This document shows, piece after piece, positions 23,934-30,187 of a stretch of DNA of 30,187 nucleotides. Source of the DNA: a virus (Duplodnaviria > Caudoviricetes); the IMG/VR virus record IMGVR_UViG_3300028587_000028, positions 1 through 30,187 of that record. The stretch is one strand, 5' to 3'. The translations under genes and the position numbers were made by a program. Every line of letters starts with the position of its first letter. The first letter of the stretch is position 1. The notes below the pieces were generated by a model. The model saw nothing but the letters and a program-made list of their open reading frames with translations. It made no database searches and had not been told where the DNA came from.

Positions 23934-24415
23934 TACAGGGGCCTCCGGTTGGCGCGGGCGAGACGCTCGACAGACAGGATACTCCGGGCTCTCTTGATGA
24001 CTTCGTCCATGAGCCGGTCGTGCTCATCGTCGCTCATGGACTCGTCGTCCTCACACCGGACGATGATGCCCAGAAGCCACATCATCTGCGTGCGGCGGTA
24101 CATTCCAGCGTCAACGCGAGCCCGAAGGGCTTCAATCTCGTTCCTCAACTCCACAACTTGGCACCGCCAGATATCCCCAGCCCTGCGACGGATATCCGCT
24201 TCCATGGAGCGCAATTGCGATTCCGTGTAGGAGTCGAAGACCCGATGGACAATCGTCTTCGTCGTCGGATTGGCGCGCTTCGCCTGCGCCTCTCGCATTT
24301 GGTCGATTTGAGTCTCGTAGTGAGCGCGGAGTTTCTCCGTCTTCCGCTCAGCCTCAATGGCACGCTGACGCAGCGCGATTTCTCGCGGTGTCATTTCTCT
24401 TGGAGTAACGGCCAT
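23933..24415 (-). CDS. Coiled-coil hypothetical protein
   Basis: ATG at 24415 (MAVTPREMTPRE); the longer ORF-track start lies inside the promoter. Confidence 0.65.
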   Translation of the reverse strand: MAVTPREMTPREIALRQRAIEAERKTEKLRAHYETQIDQMREAQAKRANPTTKTIVHRVFDSYTESQLRSMEADIRRRAGDIWRCQVVELRNEIEALRARVDAGMYRRTQMMWLLGIIVRCEDDESMSDDEHDRLMDEVIKRARSILSVERLARANRRPL

Positions 24416-24536
24416 TTGGCCCCCGGAACGAGAAGCCCCGCTGCCAGGGCCGTGGTTCGAGCACGGACATCCCGGAGCGGGGCATAATGGTTCTCGCGTA
24501 TGCGTCGTCAGCTCTCGAACAACTGGCGACCCCTGA

Positions 24537-24564
24537 ATAGTACCAAGGGCCACTATCCCGTCAA
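24537..24564 (-). promoter_or_regulatory. Promoter of replication operon
   Basis: TTGACG-16-TACTAT with extended TG. Confidence 0.65.
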
Positions 24565-24730
24565 GAATGCTACGCCACTTTCTGCGGGTTATCCGTGGAG
24601 TGGTGAGTCAAAATCCACCCTACTGGTAGGTATTATGGCTGCGAGGGGAGGACTTGGTGGGGTGTCTCCAGAAACGACAAAGGGCCACATCACTGTGACC
24701 CCTCGGAGATTCGGAGATGGCGTAAGGCGC

Positions 24731-25090
24731 TTACGGCTCCTCGCCATCCAGCACCGCCATGATGCGCATCAACTGCTCTCTAGTGAGACGTTCCCACCGG
24801 GCAGATAGGGCGGCGCCCACGTCGTCGCGGGTGCGGTCCAGGCCCATGGGCAGTTCGTAGACGCCATGCCACTGCGCGGCGGCGACAATCAGGCCGTCCG
24901 GGCTGGTGTCGAGGAACCGCGCCACATCGTGGATTTTGGAGCGGACGAGCGGCGCACGCTTCCCGAGTTCCACGTCGGAGATGAACGGGCCGCTGCATCG
25001 GAGGAAGCGCGCCACGTCCGTCTGGGACTTCCCTGCGCGCTCCCGTGCGTGGCGCAGGAGGGTGCCGAACGCCTTGTTTCCACGCTTCAT
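24731..25090 (-). CDS. XRE-family HTH transcriptional regulator
   Basis: FGTLLRHARERAGKSQTDVARFL.CS..FISDVELGKR. Confidence 0.88.
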   Translation of the reverse strand: MKRGNKAFGTLLRHARERAGKSQTDVARFLRCSGPFISDVELGKRAPLVRSKIHDVARFLDTSPDGLIVAAAQWHGVYELPMGLDRTRDDVGAALSARWERLTREQLMRIMAVLDGEEP

Positions 25091-25320
25091 GGCTTCTCCG
25101 TGGCCTTGTCCCACGTCGCCACTGCGAGACAGAGGGCGAACTCGTCATCCGTTGCCGCTTCCATGTCCTTGTTCTTCACCGCGTCGTGAAACGGAGTGAT
25201 GGCTTCGCGCAGGACTTCGCCAGCGGCAAGCGCTTGTCGAATCTGTCGGAACTCGTATGCGGCCTGCTCTGTCGTGACCTTCCGCGTGTCGCCCTTCAGA
25301 ACTCGCTCAATCGCCTTCAT
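25087..25320 (-). CDS. Hypothetical protein
   Basis: 77 aa, coupled at both ends. Confidence 0.7.
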   Translation of the reverse strand: MKAIERVLKGDTRKVTTEQAAYEFRQIRQALAAGEVLREAITPFHDAVKNKDMEAATDDEFALCLAVATWDKATEKP

Positions 25321-25889
25321 CGCTCCTCCACCGTGAGAACTTCGCCTGCGTTGGACAACTTCACGTTGCGGTAGTGCAACCCCGCCTTCGTCAGAAACTC
25401 CGCCGTCATGGCCGACCCACGCGAGCGGTCCAGGTCGGTGTGAAAGCAGAGGGCACGGTCGGGACGGAGCGCCACCATCGCAGCGTTGCGCCGGGCCGCT
25501 GCTTGACCCCAGGACTCGTCAGGGCCCTGTTCGGGCGGAAAGCGCCTGCATCGCCGCGTGTCGGGCCACTCCAGCGAGGCGGCAATCTCCGCGAGCTTGT
25601 CCGCGCCCACGGCCCCCGGAGTCTTCCCGGGCGGTCCGTCGCCGTGGATGAGGGTGATTCGCCCAAGGCCCACGGCGTCATCTGGCATGAGGCTTTGAAT
25701 GTCCCCGCTGTCTCGTGCCCTCATGATGAGTTCGAGCGGCAGCGGCATGGGACGCTCAACCCACCCCTCTGGCGCGTTCTGGTCCTCCAGCATTACCCAC
25801 TTCTGCATGCTCTCTGTCGCGATGAATTTGCGCATCGCGGGGAGGTGCCGGGCCGTGAGGTTGCGCGAGCCGAAAACCAAAACCTTCAC
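25317..25889 (-). CDS. SLOG-superfamily protein (YspA/DUF2493-like)
   Basis: MKVLVFGSR...LIHG...GADKLA...RRNAAM...PD...F...SRGS; GTG at 25889 with GGAGG SD. Confidence 0.8.
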   Translation of the reverse strand: MKVLVFGSRNLTARHLPAMRKFIATESMQKWVMLEDQNAPEGWVERPMPLPLELIMRARDSGDIQSLMPDDAVGLGRITLIHGDGPPGKTPGAVGADKLAEIAASLEWPDTRRCRRFPPEQGPDESWGQAAARRNAAMVALRPDRALCFHTDLDRSRGSAMTAEFLTKAGLHYRNVKLSNAGEVLTVEER

Positions 25890-26222
25890 GCCGCCTCCAA
25901 CAGGACGCGCGCCAGGGCCTCCACGCGGCGGACCTGCTCGGGCGTGGCGCGTTTGGCGGAGAGGTAGGCAACCAGAGACTCCGTGGCCCCGCCCATTTCC
26001 TGCGCCAAGTCCCAAGATAGCAAGGCGGCTGGAGTCGTCTGGAGGGCCGTGGCGATGCGCTCCAGCGTCCCTAGCGTGGCTGAGCGTGGCTGAGCGGCGT
26101 CCACGCTCCACCATCGCCACCATGGACTTAGAAATGCCAGACTTGGACTCTACGTCCACCTGCCGTAGTCCGAGGTGCTTCCGGCGTGCCTGAATCCTCT
26201 TCCCCAGTTCCTTCGCGTCCAT
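25886..26222 (-). pseudogene. XRE-family HTH regulator frameshifted by a 10-bp tandem duplication
   Basis: Removing one agcgtggctg joins ...VERGRRSATL to GTLERIATALQTTPAALL..., giving a 108-aa XRE protein. Confidence 0.88.
26073..26096. repeat. Tandem 10-bp duplication (agcgtggctg)x2 plus agcg
   Basis: Read directly at 26073-26082 and 26083-26092. Confidence 0.95.
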
Positions 26223-26424
26223 TGGTGCTCTCCATTTCGTAAAGGTCAGGTGCCACTCTGCGCCACCGGGCGAGGTAGCCCGGGTGGGAGACTTCGCAGC
26301 GCTCGGGGCGGGACTCCGGGCCCACGAGGACGCGGAATCCGAATTGGGCTTGCAGGTGCTCCAACTTGCAGCGGGCGGGGCCAGCAGTTCCGCGCCCGCC
26401 GTTCTTGTCCTCAGCGCTGCTCAC
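26128..26424 (-). CDS. Possible hypothetical protein
   Basis: GTGA-coupled start, but its 3' end overlaps the XRE gene by about 95 nt. Confidence 0.3.
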   Translation of the reverse strand: MSSAEDKNGGRGTAGPARCKLEHLQAQFGFRVLVGPESRPERCEVSHPGYLARWRRVAPDLYEMESTNGREGTGEEDSGTPEAPRTTAGGRRVQVWHF

Positions 26425-26789
26425 GCGGCCTCACGGTGCCGTTTCCGCGCTTCAATCAGGGCGGACTTACTCACGTCGTACATCTCCGCGACCTCTTGCA
26501 ACTCAAGGTCATCGTTCTTGAGCCAGTGGCGCACAGCGCGGGCCATGCGCTCGGCGTCCTCCCTGTTGTTGCGCGCCTCAATCTGTCGCGATACCGAAGA
26601 AACGGGTTGAGGCTTGCGCTGGAAGATAGGCGCAGGCTTGGGGCCGGGTTTGCCGCGTGGGATGCCGTCGCGGACGCGACGGACGTAGGTGTCACTGCAC
26701 CCAACGGCATCCGCCACCTGCCTAGCGGAGTACCCACGGGCAAGGCTGTCACGTATGAGCTGCTCGTATTCGTCGGCTGGGTACTTCAC
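26421..26789 (-). CDS. Protein with two HTH-like motifs
   Basis: GYSARQVADAVGCSDTYVRRV and LQEVAEMYDVSKSAL. Confidence 0.75.
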   Translation of the reverse strand: MKYPADEYEQLIRDSLARGYSARQVADAVGCSDTYVRRVRDGIPRGKPGPKPAPIFQRKPQPVSSVSRQIEARNNREDAERMARAVRHWLKNDDLELQEVAEMYDVSKSALIEARKRHREAA

Positions 26790-26813
26790 GGCGCACCCCC
26801 GCGTCTCTTCTGG

Positions 26814-27023
26814 TTATTGCTTCCTTCTGGCCCTGGGCTTGCCAAGCGCTGCGCGGATGACGGAGACATGGACGCCGAAGGCGCGAGCCGCGCCCTCGTT
26901 CGTCATGTCCTCGTTCTTCGCGCAGTAGAGGCGGATGCGCTCGGCGCGGATGGCCTTTTGCGTCTCGCGATGCTGCGCCTGCGCGGAGAGCGCGGCCCTG
27001 TCCTCAAGACTCCCACTTCTCAT
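26814..27023 (-). CDS. Small HTH-like protein
   Basis: MTNEGAARAFGVHVSVIRAAL; ATG at 27023 overlaps queD stop. Confidence 0.6.
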   Translation of the reverse strand: MRSGSLEDRAALSAQAQHRETQKAIRAERIRLYCAKNEDMTNEGAARAFGVHVSVIRAALGKPRARRKQ

Positions 27024-27418
27024 GACTCGGCACCCCGTGGCGGGTAGACGCATGTCGAGCGCGGACCCTCGCGATAGACGATGCGAATCGATTCGTAGGG
27101 AGCATTCAGGTTCGCGGCAAAGTGGTCGTGAACGAGCTTGGCGCAAATCTCCACCGTGGGGTTTGGCGTCCAGGACTCATTGAGGACGGTGTGGTCAATT
27201 CGACTCCAGAGGTTCTTCCAGCAGGCGTCAATCGGGTCGAAGTCGCACACCATGCCTGCCTCGCCTCCGAACTCCTGTACCAGTCCCGTGATTTCGACCT
27301 CAACCACGTAGGAGTGTCCGTGCATGCGCAGGCACTTGTGTCCCTTAGGGACGTGAGGAAGGAAGTGCGCTGCCTCGAAATCGTACCGGCGAGAAATGGT
27401 GACTCTATGCGTGTTCAT
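27020..27418 (-). CDS. queD: 6-carboxy-5,6,7,8-tetrahydropterin synthase
   Basis: FEAAH, C-x3-HGH (CLRMHGHSY), GMVCDF, DH..LN, NPTVE. Confidence 0.93.
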   Translation of the reverse strand: MNTHRVTISRRYDFEAAHFLPHVPKGHKCLRMHGHSYVVEVEITGLVQEFGGEAGMVCDFDPIDACWKNLWSRIDHTVLNESWTPNPTVEICAKLVHDHFAANLNAPYESIRIVYREGPRSTCVYPPRGAES

Positions 27419-28224
27419 GCCGCCTCCAGTGCTTTCAGTTCTGCGATGACTTCTTCAATATCCACCTGCTCGCCACGACCTGCGGCGCTGCCGAACGTGC
27501 CGCGCCACAGGTCTTGCCGCCACTGGCGTTGGTACTTCTTGACCACCAACTCCGTCAGCTCGCGCTTGGTGAGGTAGGCGAGCGCGCTACGGCCCTGGCC
27601 TGAAGCCTTTTCCATCGCGAGCATTTCATGCAGCCACGTCGTGCTGTCTGCACTGCGAAATGGCCACCGGAGATAACCCGTCATCGCGAACCCATGGACC
27701 CATTTAGACTCAGGGATTCGAGAGAAGCAGGCGTCAAGCCATGCTTGTTCGTCGCGAATTGGCCGCTGAAACCCGAGGCCGATGAAATCCGCACCCGCGC
27801 AGTACTCATCAAGAAGCGAGAATGGCTCTCCCTGATGGAAGACGGGCATGAGGCGGGGGATTCCGGCGTTCATACACTTCACCCAATTGCGCCGGTTCCC
27901 ATCCGCGCCGCCCATGATATCGTCCATGACAGCGCACCAATCATAGAATGCGCCATGCTTGGTCGCAAATTCGATGTACCCATCAAGCGTCACAACATCC
28001 TTCGCCCCTCGCTTCTGCGCTGTCATGTTGCTGTATGCGCCGCTATCCAGAGCCATCGACGCAAAGGTGTAGCGGTAGCGTGCGAGGTTGCCGTTGTCAC
28101 CGTCCTTCCTGTCCCAGTCTTCTCCTCCAAGATGATTGGCGAATGACTCCAGGACGTGGTGGCCTTCAAGCCAGCTGCACAGGGAATGCTGATTCGGACC
28201 GGCAAGGTAGATGCGCGCATTCAT
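27415..28224 (-). CDS. dpdA: TGT-fold transglycosylase, DpdA-like (7-deazaguanine insertion)
   Basis: DSGAYS, PVFH, HGF and SADSTTW motifs; translationally coupled to queD. Confidence 0.75.
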   Translation of the reverse strand: MNARIYLAGPNQHSLCSWLEGHHVLESFANHLGGEDWDRKDGDNGNLARYRYTFASMALDSGAYSNMTAQKRGAKDVVTLDGYIEFATKHGAFYDWCAVMDDIMGGADGNRRNWVKCMNAGIPRLMPVFHQGEPFSLLDEYCAGADFIGLGFQRPIRDEQAWLDACFSRIPESKWVHGFAMTGYLRWPFRSADSTTWLHEMLAMEKASGQGRSALAYLTKRELTELVVKKYQRQWRQDLWRGTFGSAAGRGEQVDIEEVIAELKALEAA

Positions 28225-28230
28225 AAGCAC

Positions 28231-28259
28231 ACTATACGTGAGAAACGGGCCGCCTCCAA
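28231..28259 (-). promoter_or_regulatory. Promoter for leaderless dpdA-queD transcript
   Basis: TTGGAG-17-TATAGT; ATG 6 nt downstream; no SD. Confidence 0.55.
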
Positions 28260-28271
28260 AAGCGCGGCCCG
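28241..28271 (-). terminator. Intrinsic terminator of upstream operon
   Basis: cgggccgc/gcggcccg stem then tttct. Confidence 0.6.
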
Positions 28272-28282
28272 GGGTGGCGGTG

Positions 28283-28570
28283 TTACTCCTCTACGTCCGG
28301 CCAGCGGGCGACGATGGTTTTCGCGTGCATGCGTATCGCTGGCCCCCATCCAAACCGCGCGCCGCCTTCGCCGTCGCTAGCATTCTGCACCCACCACTTC
28401 GTCTGCCCGGTCGGAGTTGTGTACGACTCTCCGATGCGGACAACAGAGCGCCGCGCAATACCTCCGACGCGCACCTGTCCCGTCTCCACCTCCTGAACAT
28501 TCTCCCGGATGGTGGGCTTGGGCTCAGCAACGGGCCCCGCCATGGGGCCAAACGGCGACGTGTGGTTCAT
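28283..28570 (-). CDS. Hypothetical protein
   Basis: ATG at 28570, GGAGGAG SD, ATGA overlap. Confidence 0.7.
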   Translation of the reverse strand: MNHTSPFGPMAGPVAEPKPTIRENVQEVETGQVRVGGIARRSVVRIGESYTTPTGQTKWWVQNASDGEGGARFGWGPAIRMHAKTIVARWPDVEE

Positions 28571-30051
28571 TTCTCCTCCAGCGGCAGGTCTGCGATTCGG
28601 TGACCCACCGCAAGGAGGACTTCCTTGTGTCCTTGGTCCTTGCAGTGGGCGGCGGCGGAGTAGGCGAGGGTTTCCGCCCGCTCGCGCATGGACTCGGCGG
28701 CCTCTCTCCATGCCTTCTGCGGCAGCGTCACCCGCTCATCCACCAGTCGAGTCAGAGTCTCCGTGAGGCATCGCTCGTCACGGTGCTGGTACTGGCGCAG
28801 GGCGTTGAGCACAGGGACCGTCTCCCGCTTCGCCTCGGCCAGCGCGCGGGCGATGTCCTTCGCAATGTTGCGCCAGTTCTGCGGGTGGCTGGTGCCGTCC
28901 TGCATCGTCCCGTCAGCCAAGACGCGGATGCCCAACTCTGGGTTGTCCGGATGCTCCCACACCACGTCCGGGGCGGAGGGCTGGGAGGCAAGCCGCGCCT
29001 TGACGGCCTCAGCGTGGGCCATCGTCTCCGCAAGAAACGCGGCGGGGTCCACGCCAGCCTCGCGCATCACCTGCTCGGCCTCCTCGACGGTGGCAGGCAT
29101 CTCCACGGCGACAAGGGCCGCCGTCAGCGCCTCGTCCTGCGTGGGCGTCGGGGCGATGCGGGCGCGGGAGCCAAGCGGGCTCGCCTGAATCATCGCGTTG
29201 AGAGCGTCGCGCTGCTCGGGCGTGAAGGGCGTCTCCACGTTTGGCATGGCGCGCTCCCCACCTCCCGGCCCAGACGGGGGCGTGGCGAGGGTGAGGCCGA
29301 GCCGCGTGGCGACCTGAGTGCACGCGTCCGCCATGGCGCGGTGGTCCATTTCCAGGCTGGTGCCAGCGCGCTCCTGCGCGGCCTTGAGGTGCCGGTCCCG
29401 CGATTCGCGCAGCACCTCCACCACCCGCGCCTTGTCCAGCACCTCGCGGGGCGCGGGCGCCTCGCCATCGCCGTAGAGCACCCACCGCGCCACGGCCCCT
29501 TCCGGGTCGCTGCCCCATGCGTCGTGCGCGGCCTTGGCCTTCCCGGCGCGGTCGTCCAGTCGCTCCACCGCCGCGCGGTACGTCGCGGCGTCCTCGGCGT
29601 CGGGGCTCTCCTCCAGCGCAGCGTTCCGCGTGCGCTCGTCCTCATGGGCTGCGCACATGGTGCAGCGCGTGTGAATCTCGGTGACGGGCGCCTGTTGCTT
29701 GCACCCCGGGCAGTGCACCAACGCCTCCCCGCCCTTCGCGGCGTCGAAGGCGACGCGGATTTGGTCGATGACGGCATGCCCCGTCCAGTGGCACGGGACC
29801 TCCTTGTCGTCGCACTCGTGGTCCCACGTGCTGTCGTGGCACATGGAGCACGACGTCCGGCGGACGCGCTTCCCGCCGCACATGCCGCATGCTCCATCCA
29901 CCTGGGCCACCGCCTCCAGCAGCCCGGGCGGCGGGGTGGGGGCGGCGCGGCTCAGCGCGTCGTGCGAGTCCATCAGCCGGAGCAGGTCCTCCGTGGTGAT
30001 GGCGCGGCCGGTGGCGGCGTTGTCCTGCACCGTCTTGCGCATCCGCTCCAC
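28567..30051 (-). CDS. Large mosaic hypothetical protein with Zn-ribbon motifs (true start probably outside window)
   Basis: CGMC, CSMC, CPGC and CTMC motifs; no SD at GTG 30051; upstream frame joins via a 1-nt shift. Confidence 0.7.
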   Translation of the reverse strand: MERMRKTVQDNAATGRAITTEDLLRLMDSHDALSRAAPTPPPGLLEAVAQVDGACGMCGGKRVRRTSCSMCHDSTWDHECDDKEVPCHWTGHAVIDQIRVAFDAAKGGEALVHCPGCKQQAPVTEIHTRCTMCAAHEDERTRNAALEESPDAEDAATYRAAVERLDDRAGKAKAAHDAWGSDPEGAVARWVLYGDGEAPAPREVLDKARVVEVLRESRDRHLKAAQERAGTSLEMDHRAMADACTQVATRLGLTLATPPSGPGGGERAMPNVETPFTPEQRDALNAMIQASPLGSRARIAPTPTQDEALTAALVAVEMPATVEEAEQVMREAGVDPAAFLAETMAHAEAVKARLASQPSAPDVVWEHPDNPELGIRVLADGTMQDGTSHPQNWRNIAKDIARALAEAKRETVPVLNALRQYQHRDERCLTETLTRLVDERVTLPQKAWREAAESMRERAETLAYSAAAHCKDQGHKEVLLAVGHRIADLPLEEK

Positions 30052-30187
30052 TTCGTCATCAGGGAGGCGAGGGCCTGAAGAGCATCAACGGCATCGCACA
30101 GTGCCGCTACGTCGTCGTAGGGAGGAAGACCGGCCCAGTGGCTGCGGATGTACGCGGTGCTCTTGTGCTCCGTCTTACCGGGGGCGA

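Noticed and set aside
1-30187. tRNA, rRNA, integrase, transposase, reverse transcriptase or endolysin genes
   Set aside because: No recognisable motifs found by eye; temperate lifestyle and host remain inferences

Overview
A high-GC (roughly two-thirds G+C by eye) tailed phage or prophage segment, encoded almost entirely on the minus strand with tight ATGA/GTGA gene overlaps. A myxobacterial host is inferred, not shown. Read right to left it holds: a mosaic Zn-ribbon gene; a low-GC, apparently leaderless dpdA-like transglycosylase plus queD cassette (candidate 7-deazaguanine DNA modification); a cluster of HTH genes, including an XRE gene frameshifted by a 10-bp tandem duplication that fuses it to a SLOG gene; a replication module (initiator, DnaB-like helicase with degenerate motifs, VRR-NUC nuclease); and about 35 small accessory genes (MazG-like, HAD, RyR, RHH, FlbD-like, SSB-like, lipoprotein, Zn-finger microproteins). 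An early-like region is bracketed by two matching back-to-back promoter pairs. A head module follows (terS, terL, portal, scaffold, major capsid, decoration, adaptor). GATC is nearly absent except for four sites found by eye in the replication genes. All calls come from manual motif reading; no searches were run.
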